Numbered from the stretch's first letter, positions 48,824 to 59,129 are shown. The stretch is DNA of 64,000 nucleotides from Candidatus Melainabacteria bacterium 17Bon1m (GCA_032128875.1 JAVLKG010000001.1:832001-896000), one strand, 5' to 3'. Translations and numbers: made by a program. The notes: a model not told the origin generated them from the sequence alone.

Positions 48824-48906
48824 GCTAAGTTATTCCAGGCTTCGCTGTCGAGTACCGGCTCTAGAAGATCACATATAAATACTTCTGGCTTAACTTACCC
48901 GCCATA

Positions 48907-48944
48907 GAAAAAGGGCAAACTCTTTCAGGATTAGAGTTCGCTCT
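48907..48944 (-). terminator. Intrinsic terminator of proBAC
   Basis: Minus strand AGAGCGAACTCT-loop-AGAGTTTGCCCT-TTTT downstream of proC. Confidence 0.65.
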
Positions 48945-49007
48945 GTGTACGGAAGTCGCAGATGCCTCCCTGCGCTGGGCGCCACATGTGACGCCCTTAT
49001 CAACTTG

Positions 49008-49844
49008 CTATTTCTTCGACTTGGTGTTCTGGGTGTTGACCAATTCGCGTGCTCGCTCTGCTGCTTTGATAACGGCCTTGATTAGAGTGACTCTCAACTT
49101 GCCTTCTTCCAATTCCATGAGTCCGTCAATTGTGCATCCCGCTGGTGTGGTCACCATGTCTTTCAGAAGAGCGGGGTGAGCTTTGGAGTCCAAGACCATT
49201 TTTGATGAACCGAGCATTGTTTGAGCGGCCAGTAAGGTCGAAACATCCCGAGGAATTCCCAGCTTTACGCCAGCCTCTGCCAGCGACTCGATGACCACGT
49301 AGAGATACGCTGGTCCACTTGCAGACAAGGCTGTCACCCCGTCCATCAGGGATTCGTCGACGAAAACTGTTTCGCCAACGCATTTGAAAATTGCCTCAGC
49401 CATTTGTTTGTGTTCGTCAGTGGCACCACTGCCGGTGCACATACCAGCCATGCCAACATTCATTATTGAAGGCGTATTTGGCATGGCACGCACAACGGGA
49501 ATGCCTTCGGGGAGGCGCTCTTCGACAAAGCCAGTTGTGACTGAGGCGGCCACCGAAATAACTAACTGATCCTTTGTGATGACGGACGATATTTCTTTCA
49601 ACACATTGTCCATGTTCTGCGGTTTGACCGCTAGCAAGATTACATCTTTGCCCTTTACTGCCTGCTGATTGTCGAGCGTAGCTTCGATGTTTAAGCGTTC
49701 TTTGACGCGCTTGAGAGAATCTTCGTGACCTACTGTTCCACAAACATCAGACGCGTTAATTGCGTCCTTCTTGAGCAAGCCGGAAATCAGCGCTTCACCA
49801 AGCTTGCCGACACCAATGACAGCGAGCTTTTTGTTTTTCAGCAT
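49008..49844 (-). CDS. proC: Pyrroline-5-carboxylate reductase
   Basis: IGVGKLG, LLAVKPQ, RAMPNTP, SASGPAY, VTTPAGCT. Confidence 0.95.
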   Translation of the reverse strand: MLKNKKLAVIGVGKLGEALISGLLKKDAINASDVCGTVGHEDSLKRVKERLNIEATLDNQQAVKGKDVILLAVKPQNMDNVLKEISSVITKDQLVISVAASVTTGFVEERLPEGIPVVRAMPNTPSIMNVGMAGMCTGSGATDEHKQMAEAIFKCVGETVFVDESLMDGVTALSASGPAYLYVVIESLAEAGVKLGIPRDVSTLLAAQTMLGSSKMVLDSKAHPALLKDMVTTPAGCTIDGLMELEEGKLRVTLIKAVIKAAERARELVNTQNTKSKK

Positions 49845-49868
49845 TTGTTGTTTTCCTCTTTACTCAAT

Positions 49869-51194
49869 TTACTTGTCCAGGTCTTTATGCGTGAATTTTC
49901 TGGCGTTTTCACCGCAGTAGTCGGCAACAATCTGTCCTTTGCCGACCAATTTGTATTTGTAGGTAATAATTCCTTCAACGCCAACTGGACCGCGTGGGTG
50001 CAGTTTTCCTGTGCTGATGCCTACTTCTGCGCCAAAGCCATAACGAAAACCATCAGCAAATCTGGTTGATACGTTGTGGTATACGCCCGCAGAATTCACT
50101 TCCGCGAAGAAGCGTTCAAAAGCTTCCGGATTTTCAGTGACGATGCACTCCGTGTGTCCGGAGCCGAAGGTGTTGATGTGCTCGACTGCCTCGTCAAGCG
50201 AGTCCACAACCTTGATAGATAACGTGAGGTCGGAAAACTCAGTTGTCCAGTCGGTATCATCTGCGGTGTCAACATCTTTTAGATGGAAGGTTTCTATTGC
50301 TGATTTTTCGACGCGTACTTTTACAATTTTGTCTTTCAGCGCCTCAATGACTTTGGGCAAGAAAACAGCCGCAATCTCGCGGTTTACCAATAGTGTTTCG
50401 ATGGCATTGCAGGCTGCAGGGTATTGGGTCTTACAGTCAACCGCAAGTGTAGTTGCCATTTCTAAATCCGCCTTTTCATCGACGTACAAATGGCAGACTC
50501 CATCCGCGTGCCCCAGCACCGGAATACGAGTGTTTTCTTGAATGTGTCTGACCAGTTCGTTTGAACCACGCGGCACAACCAAATCAACTTCTTTGTCCAG
50601 TTTCAAAAGATCGGAAACTTCCTCTCTGCCCGACAGAAGAGTAAAAGAACCCTCCGGATATCCAGCCGACTTCAGTCCTTCAGCCAAGCAGTTGAAGATC
50701 TCGCGATTGGAATTTTCCGCTTCCTTGCCGCCTTTGATTAGCCCGGCGTTTCCGCTCTTTACTAACAACGACATTATTTGAGGCAATGCATCAGGTCTCG
50801 ATTCAAAAATCACAAGTATGACGCCGATGGGACAGCAGACACGATTGAGCTCTAGCCCGTCATCTAGCTCTCTCTTTAGGCTCGAGGTGCCGAGAATGTC
50901 TTCGATTTGTGCGACTTGCCGAACTCCGTCAATGACACCTTTGAGTTTTTCAGCGTCCAGTTTTAAGCGTTTCAAATACGAAGAGGGCATCATTCCCTTT
51001 TCTACAAGAGCTTCGGCGTTGGCGACGTCAATCTTGTTCGCTTTGAGAATGCGCGATTCGTTTTTGCCCAACTGCTCCGCCATTGCCATCAAAGCTGCAG
51101 CGCGAGTTTCCTTTGACAGTCGTGCCAAGTGGCTTGAAGCAAGGCGCGCTTGTTTAGCGACTTCCTGAACTTGAGTCAAAACCGATTCTGCCAT
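49869..51194 (-). CDS. proA: Gamma-glutamyl phosphate reductase
   Basis: IFESRPD, YPAACNAIETLLV, STRFADGFRYGFGAEVGISTGKLHPRGPVG. Confidence 0.95.
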   Translation of the reverse strand: MAESVLTQVQEVAKQARLASSHLARLSKETRAAALMAMAEQLGKNESRILKANKIDVANAEALVEKGMMPSSYLKRLKLDAEKLKGVIDGVRQVAQIEDILGTSSLKRELDDGLELNRVCCPIGVILVIFESRPDALPQIMSLLVKSGNAGLIKGGKEAENSNREIFNCLAEGLKSAGYPEGSFTLLSGREEVSDLLKLDKEVDLVVPRGSNELVRHIQENTRIPVLGHADGVCHLYVDEKADLEMATTLAVDCKTQYPAACNAIETLLVNREIAAVFLPKVIEALKDKIVKVRVEKSAIETFHLKDVDTADDTDWTTEFSDLTLSIKVVDSLDEAVEHINTFGSGHTECIVTENPEAFERFFAEVNSAGVYHNVSTRFADGFRYGFGAEVGISTGKLHPRGPVGVEGIITYKYKLVGKGQIVADYCGENARKFTHKDLDK

Positions 51195-51238
51195 TCTTAG
51201 CCTTCTTACTTCTCCGCGCCTCTTGTACACGCCTGATT

Positions 51239-52408
51239 TTACGCGGTTTCGAGCAAAGCGATATTATCACGTGTGACGATCGCGTCATAATTGCGAACGT
51301 CGATTTTTGCATCGATGGCGTCAGAGTGCTGCCCAGAGATCTGCTTGGTTTCGTCGCTGGAGTAGTTGGCGATGCCGCGAGCGAACTCATGCCCCGCTTC
51401 GTCAACGATTCCAATAACGTCGCCCCTTTCAAACTGCCCGCGCACCTGTACGATGCCCGCCGGCAGGAGGCTTGCTTTGCCATTCTTCAACGCGGTTTTT
51501 GCGCCGTCATTGACCACTAATGCTGCTTTCACCGTCGTCGCAAAGGCAATCCAGCGTTTCTTGCCAGTCATTCCAGGAGTGGGCAGGAAAAGGGTGCCGA
51601 TTTCCTCCTCAGCAAATAGTCGGGGAATGACATCAGGCACCTTCCCGCCCGCGATTATCACCGAGCACCCCGACTGGGTTGCCGTCTTGGCTGCTTCAAT
51701 CTTGGTTTGCATCCCGCCGCGCCCCATTTTTCCTGGTGCCGCCGGCCCCGATGCAAGTTTTTCAATGTCCGTGTTTATGCTCGGTACAAGCGGAATCAGC
51801 TTCGCATTGTCGCCCTTGCGCGGGTCGTCAGTGTAAAGACCGTCTACATCAGTCAAGATAATGAGTAAATCAGCTTCTACTTTGCTGGCAACTAACGCCG
51901 AAAGCTTGTCGTTGTCACCGAAATTGACTTTGAGGAATTCGAACTCTTTGCCAGATTCAATCTCTGCAGTAGACACAGTGTCGTTTTCGTTGATGATTGG
52001 CAAAACCTTGAGTCTGATCAACTCTCCAATTGTGCTGCGCAGATTGAGATAGCGGGTGCGATTCGAAAAGTCTTCCTCTGTCAGGAGTATCTGTGCAGTG
52101 ACGATATCCAGCGCCTGAAAGGCGTCCGAGTACAGTGCCATCAATCGACCTTGCCCGACCGCTGCACAGGCTTGCTTCATTGGCAGAAGCTTCGGTTTTT
52201 TATCGAGTTCAAGCTTCTGAACGCCCAGCCCGACGGCGCCAGACGTCACGAGCAGTACTTCCTTGCCCTGCTTCATCAGCCCGGCAATGCCTTCAATGAA
52301 GGCGTAGAACCGGCTCAGCGCGATTCCCCCCTCCTCTTTCATAAGCACGGCCGTGCCAAGCTTTATGACAATTCGCTTTGCCCCGGTCAAAACCTCTTTG
52401 CGGTCCAT
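51239..52408 (-). CDS. proB: Glutamate 5-kinase with PUA domain
   Basis: IVIKLGT, VTSGAV, PIINENDTV, FGDNDKLSA, GGMQTK, SLLPAGI. Confidence 0.95.
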   Translation of the reverse strand: MDRKEVLTGAKRIVIKLGTAVLMKEEGGIALSRFYAFIEGIAGLMKQGKEVLLVTSGAVGLGVQKLELDKKPKLLPMKQACAAVGQGRLMALYSDAFQALDIVTAQILLTEEDFSNRTRYLNLRSTIGELIRLKVLPIINENDTVSTAEIESGKEFEFLKVNFGDNDKLSALVASKVEADLLIILTDVDGLYTDDPRKGDNAKLIPLVPSINTDIEKLASGPAAPGKMGRGGMQTKIEAAKTATQSGCSVIIAGGKVPDVIPRLFAEEEIGTLFLPTPGMTGKKRWIAFATTVKAALVVNDGAKTALKNGKASLLPAGIVQVRGQFERGDVIGIVDEAGHEFARGIANYSSDETKQISGQHSDAIDAKIDVRNYDAIVTRDNIALLETA

Positions 52409-52592
52409 CTAGCTTGCCTTTCGCGGTTTCCCGCGCGAAATTCCTCTGCCCTGTCGAAAGTGTTAGCAGAATTACCATTGATTTTAAACGCATATCGTCA
52501 TTCAATAAGGTGGATCTCAGGAGGCTGGACTGTATTTCGTGCCGTACACAGGCCCCGAAAACCTCCCCTAAAAACTCTAGAGGATAAGCAAA

Positions 52593-52940
52593 GTGGTAGA
52601 GCGAGATAGGAATGGCAAATATCCGGCGTCCATCCAATTGGGTTCATTAGAAAACCCCACTGGAGAAAAGGTAAAGAGAATCACGCGCGAACAAGTGCGC
52701 ACCATGCGGACCCAAGAAATCCAAAAGGTCAAAACGCACTTTACGATTGCGCAAGTCGCCGTCCGCTGGTGGAAAGAACTGCTCGCATATTTTTCTTACA
52801 AACCGAAAGAGAAGCGCGCTCCTCAAAATTGCAAGCTGTACGGACATACGGTTGTGCGCACACCCGGCGGGTTCGAGCCCCGGTGCCGTTTTTGCGATGC
52901 CGTGATTGAAGACGTAGATATGCTTCGCTCGAAGGTGTAG
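52593..52940 (+). CDS. Hypothetical protein with C-terminal C..H..CxxC motif
   Basis: GAGG before GTG; CKLYGH...CRFC. Confidence 0.55.
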   Translation: MVERDRNGKYPASIQLGSLENPTGEKVKRITREQVRTMRTQEIQKVKTHFTIAQVAVRWWKELLAYFSYKPKEKRAPQNCKLYGHTVVRTPGGFEPRCRFCDAVIEDVDMLRSKV

Positions 52941-53025
52941 GCTCGAAGTTCAATTTCAGCGCTGGAGTTCGAAAGCGAAACTAAGTTCCGAGTGTATATT
53001 CGACTCATCAAATTCGTTAGTCGAA

Positions 53026-53217
53026 CTATTTCGAGCTGTCCACCACTGCTTTCACTGGCGAGTCGAAGGCTGGGTAGAGGCTGACAATTGTGCTTACGAC
53101 GCTGTCTAGGCTCGCCTGGTCCAGATCTCCAACAGCTTTCAAAAAGGATTCGGTTGACGAGCGCCGTATCCGGCTGACCTGTTTGCCGATATGGCTGGTC
53201 GCTGCATGATTGTCCAT
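53026..53217 (-). CDS. Small hypothetical protein (63 aa)
   Basis: AAAGGAGA SD before ATG 53217. Confidence 0.55.
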   Translation of the reverse strand: MDNHAATSHIGKQVSRIRRSSTESFLKAVGDLDQASLDSVVSTIVSLYPAFDSPVKAVVDSSK

Positions 53218-53400
53218 GTCTTCCGTCTCCTTTTTTAGCATCTGAATTACCGGGCTAGTAAAGCAATTTAAGAACGTCAAGTTTGGTATCCGACTGACTA
53301 CGCCACTGTAAGGCGTTTTCGCGCGAAGGTCAGTCCAAACTTCACCAGATCATTCCTGGGGTTTTTCCTTGAAAGGCATTTCTGGCTATACTATTTCTCT

Positions 53401-54762
53401 ATGACGTTTTTACGCGCGGCGCTTGCTATTCTGCTTGTCTGCATGCTCTCGGCGGGATATTTCCTGTTCGGGAAGTACCAGGCGCTTTCTGAGGCGCATG
53501 AATTGCGCCAGCAGGTCGTGACAATTGCGATACCGCGTGGTGCCACCTTTGAAGATACCCTGGCGCTGCTTTCAAGAGAAGGCATCATCTCTGACATTTT
53601 GCCATTGCGTATATATCTGAAGGCGACAAATAGTACACCGATTGTGCAAGCCGGCAGTTATCAATTTCATTCGCCGATTTCACCGCTTGGTGCGGTTGAT
53701 GTCCTGCGTGGTGGAGCGCATTCAGACAAGCTGACCATTCTTGAAGGCTGGAATAGATTTGATATCGCACGCGCCATGCGTAGCGTTCGTGCGCTTAAGC
53801 TCAGGAGTGACACTGAAGCTCTACCGCTTTTGAATGACGTATCGCTGATATCCGACATTGATCCGCTGGCGAGAAACCTTGAAGGATATTTGTATCCGGA
53901 TACTTACTTTATCGTTGAGCGTATGACGCCCAAGGAAGTCGTGAAGGGGATGGTCACGCGCTTTCGCAAGGTGTGGAAGGAACATCTTGCAAGCAGGGCA
54001 TATGAGCGCAAAACTTCGATTCACGAGGTTGTTACTGTAGCTTCGTTGATCGAAACCGAAGCTAAGCTAGAGTCAGAGAGAGCCAAGGTTGCATCGGTAG
54101 TCTACAATCGTATCAGTCGCGGTATGCCGCTTGGTATTGATTCGACGATTGTTTATGCTGCAAAGATTGACGGTAAGTGGCGCAACGATGGAAAGGTCTA
54201 TCAATCGGATATCGATCGTCGTTCGCCATACAACACTCGGATTTTCAAAGGTTTGCCGCCCGGACCCGTAGGTTCGCCAGGTTTGTCTTCGTTGAAGGCT
54301 GCGCTCAATCCGGAGAACACAACTTATTTGTACTATGTGCGCAACCCCTACCAAGACAATGGTGCGCACAACTTCTATTCGAGTGCAGCTGAGTTTGAAA
54401 CTGGTGTTGCGATGCTTCGAAATTGGGAGCGAAAACAGGCAAGTGCTCCGGCACCGTCTGTTCCGACTCAATCGCCTGCAGCACAAACAATTCCTGCACC
54501 AGTAGTGGTGCCTGGCCCTGGGGCGTTGTTGAAGACGCCACAAAGGGGTTATGTTCAAAACCCGCTCAATTCTAGTTCTGCATCAACCTCTCTACAGGCA
54601 AGAGTAAATGCTGCTCGGGAAAGTTCTGCAAAACAAAGCAAAACCGCTAAGCCGGCTCAGCGCCCAACCAAAGTGGCGCAGTCTCAGTCGCGCAGAACAA
54701 CTCATGTTCAGAAAAAAAGTACAAAGGCATCCTCGAGCTCTGGACGCAGACATAGAAGGTAA
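53401..54762 (+). CDS. mltG: Endolytic murein transglycosylase with basic low-complexity tail
   Basis: TILEGW, LEGYLYPDTY, ASLIETE, SPYNTRIFKGLPPGP. Confidence 0.93.
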   Translation: MTFLRAALAILLVCMLSAGYFLFGKYQALSEAHELRQQVVTIAIPRGATFEDTLALLSREGIISDILPLRIYLKATNSTPIVQAGSYQFHSPISPLGAVDVLRGGAHSDKLTILEGWNRFDIARAMRSVRALKLRSDTEALPLLNDVSLISDIDPLARNLEGYLYPDTYFIVERMTPKEVVKGMVTRFRKVWKEHLASRAYERKTSIHEVVTVASLIETEAKLESERAKVASVVYNRISRGMPLGIDSTIVYAAKIDGKWRNDGKVYQSDIDRRSPYNTRIFKGLPPGPVGSPGLSSLKAALNPENTTYLYYVRNPYQDNGAHNFYSSAAEFETGVAMLRNWERKQASAPAPSVPTQSPAAQTIPAPVVVPGPGALLKTPQRGYVQNPLNSSSASTSLQARVNAARESSAKQSKTAKPAQRPTKVAQSQSRRTTHVQKKSTKASSSSGRRHRR

Positions 54763-54770
54763 TTTTCGCA

Positions 54771-55787
54771 ATGGAAAATGCCGTCAGCGTTTCGCAGCTC
54801 GTCAAGAATTTTGTGTTGAAAAAACGCGCGGGAATGCGTTGGACAGAATCTGAAGTTAAGGCTGTGGACGGCATCACGCTGTCGATCGAGAAGGGGCAGT
54901 CAGTTGCTTTCATAGGACCTAATGGTGCCGGTAAATCTACAACTATTAAAATGCTTACCGGTATTTTGCATCCGACTTCAGGAGAGGCAAATGTGCTCGG
55001 CTGTGTTCCGTGGAAAGAGCGGACTCGACTGGCGAAACGCATTGGCGTGGTCTTCGGTCAGCGCTCGCAACTGTGGTATCACTTACCACCTCGCGATACT
55101 TTTGAACTCTTGTCCAAGATTTACGAGATAAAGCAGGACGTTTTCAAATCACGACGAGATATGTTGATCGAGCGTTTTCAACTCTCGGAGTTTCTCGATA
55201 CACCAGTGCGCAAGCTTTCATTGGGACAGCGAATGCGTGCTGAAGTTGCCTGCAGCCTTTTGCATGGGCCGGAAGTGATTTTCCTGGACGAACCGACAAT
55301 TGGCCTTGATGTGATCGCTCGACAAGAATTGCGTGATTTGATCAGTGAGTGGAACAGAGAAAACGGCGTTACTGTTTTTCTTACGAGCCACGATGCTGGT
55401 GATATCCAGCATGTCGCAAGGCGTGTAATTGTCATAAACCACGGGCGCGTCGTCCTGGACGATCGTGTCTCTCGTGTACGCAGGCAGTATTTAAGAGAGA
55501 AAGTTCTCAGCGTCAAGTACGCAGATACACCTGAATCCATATCACTTGATGGTGTTAAAACCCTCAAAGAGTCCGGGCATGCTTTCAAGTTTGAAGTCGA
55601 CACATTGGCTGTCCCGATTGAGAAAGTGATGTCGGAGATCATGCGCATTGGCTCCGTTGTAGACATCACAATTGAAGACCCGCCGTTGGAAGAAGTCATC
55701 GCGCACATCTATTCCGCTCCGCCAAGTGAGTTTGGTGAGGATGCTGCAGACGATGATGATGCAGACGAAAATGAGAGTAAATCTTAA
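54771..55787 (+). CDS. ABC-2 type transporter ATP-binding protein
   Basis: GPNGAGKST, VFGQRSQLW, LSLGQRMR, FLDEPTIGLD. Confidence 0.95.
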   Translation: MENAVSVSQLVKNFVLKKRAGMRWTESEVKAVDGITLSIEKGQSVAFIGPNGAGKSTTIKMLTGILHPTSGEANVLGCVPWKERTRLAKRIGVVFGQRSQLWYHLPPRDTFELLSKIYEIKQDVFKSRRDMLIERFQLSEFLDTPVRKLSLGQRMRAEVACSLLHGPEVIFLDEPTIGLDVIARQELRDLISEWNRENGVTVFLTSHDAGDIQHVARRVIVINHGRVVLDDRVSRVRRQYLREKVLSVKYADTPESISLDGVKTLKESGHAFKFEVDTLAVPIEKVMSEIMRIGSVVDITIEDPPLEEVIAHIYSAPPSEFGEDAADDDDADENESKS

Positions 55788-56575
55788 TGAGCAAGTATTT
55801 CTACATTGCTCTGACCAGCATCCGTTCTCGACTCGCTTATTTAGGCGAACTCGGCAGCAAAACGATCTTCCTGTTCGTCGTTTTGTATATCTTCCTTTGT
55901 CTTTGGAAAGTCACTTACGCAGAGACAAACCAAAGTTCGCTCGGCGGATTGAGCTTGAAACAGATGCTCTGGTATTTGGTCGTAACAGAGTCAATCATCA
56001 TGTCTCTACCAACTATTGCAACACTGGTCGATCAAGATGTAAGAACCGGCGCACTGGCCATGCAGCTCGTGCGTCCAATGTCTTATCCGCTAAACATGTT
56101 AGCGCAAACCTCGGGTGAGCGCGTCCTTTCCTTTGCTCTTAATTTCCTGGTCGGATCTATCATAGCGCTGACTTTTGTGGGACCGCTGGATTTCAATATA
56201 AGTGGAATTGCAATGTTCTTGCTATTGATTCCGCTCTCGTTTGCGCTCGATTTCACAATTTACTTTCTCATTGGCTTGGCTGCTTTCTGGCTTGAGGACA
56301 CTACCGGCTTGACACTCATCTACTCACGGATGACCATGATTCTCGGAGGCATGCTAATTCCGTTGGAGCTTTTCCCTGACGGCTGGCAGCAAATTCTTCG
56401 AGTGCTTCCTTTCTCTGCAATTGTGTACGGACCTGCGAGAGTTTTTGTCACTGGCGATCTTCAGGTGTTTCTCTCCGTTCTTATCCAGCAAATTGTTGCA
56501 ATTCTCGTTTTTGCATTTGTCATTCGTATCGTCTACAACCTTGCGCTACGGCGCGTTTTTTCGCATGGAGGTTGA
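55787..56575 (+). CDS. ABC-2 permease (DUF990-type)
   Basis: Translationally coupled (TAATG); DVRTGALAMQLVRP; GGMLIPLELFP. Confidence 0.9.
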   Translation: MSKYFYIALTSIRSRLAYLGELGSKTIFLFVVLYIFLCLWKVTYAETNQSSLGGLSLKQMLWYLVVTESIIMSLPTIATLVDQDVRTGALAMQLVRPMSYPLNMLAQTSGERVLSFALNFLVGSIIALTFVGPLDFNISGIAMFLLLIPLSFALDFTIYFLIGLAAFWLEDTTGLTLIYSRMTMILGGMLIPLELFPDGWQQILRVLPFSAIVYGPARVFVTGDLQVFLSVLIQQIVAILVFAFVIRIVYNLALRRVFSHGG

Positions 56576-56578
56576 AGA

Positions 56579-57373
56579 ATGAGCTGGTTGACTTCTTATG
56601 CAAATCTCGCTTCAGCCTATATCAAAATCAATTTCAAGTCGTTGCTTGCATATCGTGGTGCCTTTATCTCGCAAATGGTGGCGATGTTTATCAATGATTT
56701 TGTTTGGATTGCGTTCTGGTGCTTGTTCTTCACGCGCTTTCCAGTCGTTAAGGGCTGGGGCGTCAACGATGTAATCACTCTCTGGGCAATTGCGGCGTCT
56801 GGATTCGGACTGGCACATATGATTATGGGCAATGCACTTGCGCTGCCGGGCATCATCATGCGAGGCGAGCTTGATTCGTGGTTGCTCTATCCGCGTGCCG
56901 TTTTGCCACACCTCTTGCTGGGCAAAAGCAGTGCGAGTTCGTGGGGCGATTTCCTCTTCGGCATTGTCGTGTACGTAATCTTTGTAAAACCAGACCTCCC
57001 TCACTTCACCCTCCTCATGGCGCTTATCTGCTCAGTGGCAGTGTTGTTTGTGGGCTTCAGTGTTTTCACCGGGAGCCTGGCGTTTTTCATGGGCAGCGCG
57101 GAGTCTGTTTCGACTCAATTGCGCATCGCGATGATCACATTCAGCACCTACCCGTCACCAATATTTCAAGGCTTCGTCAAGATCTTGCTGTTTACGCTAT
57201 TGCCCGCGATGTTCGTGAGTCACCTGCCCGTAAGTGCACTGAGAAACATGTCAATGATTGACGCCCTGTATTCCTTTGGCGGTGCGCTGGGCGTACTCTT
57301 CGCCGGAATAATCATGTTTTACGTCGGTCTGCGCCGCTACGAATCAGGCAACCTCATGGAAATGCGCGGATAA
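56579..57373 (+). CDS. ABC-2 permease (DUF990-type)
   Basis: GELDSWLLYP, TYPSPIF, GLRRYESG. Confidence 0.9.
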   Translation: MSWLTSYANLASAYIKINFKSLLAYRGAFISQMVAMFINDFVWIAFWCLFFTRFPVVKGWGVNDVITLWAIAASGFGLAHMIMGNALALPGIIMRGELDSWLLYPRAVLPHLLLGKSSASSWGDFLFGIVVYVIFVKPDLPHFTLLMALICSVAVLFVGFSVFTGSLAFFMGSAESVSTQLRIAMITFSTYPSPIFQGFVKILLFTLLPAMFVSHLPVSALRNMSMIDALYSFGGALGVLFAGIIMFYVGLRRYESGNLMEMRG

Positions 57374-57445
57374 TTTTTCGCGTCTGTCTTTGTTGTAATA
57401 TATGCCGCAGACCTGCGCACCGCGGCTCAAGGAAGACTGCTTGGC

Positions 57446-58822
57446 ATGACCGTCGAGATTCCCACGCTAAACGATCAAAATTCGGAAGTGCATTTCGAAT
57501 TGAAGAAAGGCGAATCATTTTTGATTGGCAGATCGCAGGTGCGTAAGTCTGAGCGCCAAATTCTCATTCAAGACATAACTGTTTCCAATCAGCATGTTGA
57601 ATTGTTTGCACACCCCGAAGGAATAAGTGCAAAAGATTTGAAGAGTACGAATGGAACTGCCATCGATGGCGAGTGGCTTCGCGCGGGCATCTCTTTTCCT
57701 GTGCGCAATGGTAGTTTGATGCTGCTCGGCAAAAAGGGAACCGCGTTTTTGCAGGTGTTTTTTGAATCGAATGGCGATGATACGCATAAAGTAACTGTTC
57801 TAAGAACGTCTCCAAAGATCGATGAGGAAACCGAAAGCATCGGTGAAGATTCGGATGTTGCACAATGGCTCGAGCGCTGTCGCGAAACCGATACTGCGAT
57901 ATGTCCTGTTTGCCATAAAACCTACGATGGAAAAAAGGTTTTGATTTGTCCGGCGGATGGTGGTTATCTCGGTCGGCGTGAGCATCCGCAAGGCGGACCG
58001 GTAGCTGCGAAACACTACAAGTTGTGCAACTACATAGGCACCGGTTCACTCACCGAAGTCTATAAAGTCGAGCACGTGCGATTGGACCGCCCGTATGCAC
58101 TTAAAGTTTTTCACTCCGGTGTTCATCGCGAAACCGAAACCGCTCACATCATTCAATCCGCGAAGCAATGGGCACGTTTAGAACACGCCTCAATCGCATC
58201 TGTGGTCGAGTGGGGTTGGCTCACCAAGGACGAGCTCTTCATCGTAATGGAGTATTTCCAAAATCCATCGTTGGAGCAATACGTCAAAACCAACGGACCT
58301 CTCTCAGTGCAAGAGCTTGTGAAAGTGTTTATCCCTGTGTGTAACGCACTAAAATACGCGCATGCACAGGGCGTTTTCCACAGCAATCTGAAGCTGAGCA
58401 AGATTTATGTCTCGAATTTGAAAGCACATCCGGTTGTGAAAATTTCCGATTTCGGATTGACCGACAAATTGGTGAAGAGTTTAGGATGGGTTAAAGCAAC
58501 TTTGCGAACTCGCGACCAAACCGGAGAACCGCTCACAACTAGCCCTGAGTATTGGCAGGGCGAGGGTCTCACTGTCGCTTCCGATATCTATGCTATTGGT
58601 TGCGCCATGTATCACGCGCTAACAGGCGTTCCTGTTTTTGAGAAGAAACGAACAATGGAGACGATAGCTGCACATATTTACTCGGAGCCTGCGCCAATTC
58701 CAGAGAAGCTTCAAGTCCCGCAGGCGATGCGCGATATCGTGGAGCGTTGTTTGAAAAAACAGCCTGAAGAGCGGTATCAGACGATAGATGAATTGATTTC
58801 CGCGCTTGAAGCAGGAACGTAG
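57446..58822 (+). CDS. FHA - zinc ribbon - kinase-fold protein, predicted pseudokinase
   Basis: FHA IGRS..VSNQH..DLKSTNGT; CPVC..CPADG; YALK; HSNLKLSKI; DFG. Confidence 0.87.
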   Translation: MTVEIPTLNDQNSEVHFELKKGESFLIGRSQVRKSERQILIQDITVSNQHVELFAHPEGISAKDLKSTNGTAIDGEWLRAGISFPVRNGSLMLLGKKGTAFLQVFFESNGDDTHKVTVLRTSPKIDEETESIGEDSDVAQWLERCRETDTAICPVCHKTYDGKKVLICPADGGYLGRREHPQGGPVAAKHYKLCNYIGTGSLTEVYKVEHVRLDRPYALKVFHSGVHRETETAHIIQSAKQWARLEHASIASVVEWGWLTKDELFIVMEYFQNPSLEQYVKTNGPLSVQELVKVFIPVCNALKYAHAQGVFHSNLKLSKIYVSNLKAHPVVKISDFGLTDKLVKSLGWVKATLRTRDQTGEPLTTSPEYWQGEGLTVASDIYAIGCAMYHALTGVPVFEKKRTMETIAAHIYSEPAPIPEKLQVPQAMRDIVERCLKKQPEERYQTIDELISALEAGT

Positions 58823-58922
58823 ATTGGAAAGTCATGGAGTTTGCTCCACGGCGCCCTTCCTGAATGCAGAAAATTGATGTAAGATGACCTAAGAAAGTTT
58901 TCCGCAAACAGCATCAATAACT

Positions 58923-59129
58923 ATGAAGCGCAAATTCTCGGCTAGCGTTTGGAAAGAAGATGATATCTACGTCGCCCAGTGTTTGGAAGTCGACGTGGCA
59001 AGTCAAGGCGACAGTGAAGAAGGCGCCCTAAGGAATCTGAGCGAAGCGCTTGAGCTTTATTTTGAACCTCCCAGTCCAACAATGCTTCCAAAGGTTACAA
59101 CCATAGAGGTTGAAATCAGTGCCGCTTAA
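58923..59129 (+). CDS. hicB: HicB family antitoxin (short form)
   Basis: YVAQCLEVDVASQGDSEEGALRNLSEALELY. Confidence 0.88.
   Translation: MKRKFSASVWKEDDIYVAQCLEVDVASQGDSEEGALRNLSEALELYFEPPSPTMLPKVTTIEVEISAA

Noticed and set aside
48907-48944. GGGCAAAC as start of a c-di-GMP riboswitch
   Set aside because: Better explained as the minus-strand terminator after proC
46315-52408. Functional link between the YbaK-like deacylase and proBAC
   Set aside because: Separated by a terminator and an unrelated 2 kb gene; proximity is likely coincidental
53279-53342. Hammerhead ribozyme reading of the structured element
   Set aside because: CUGA is not followed by NGA and lies inside a stem; GAAA spacing is off by one
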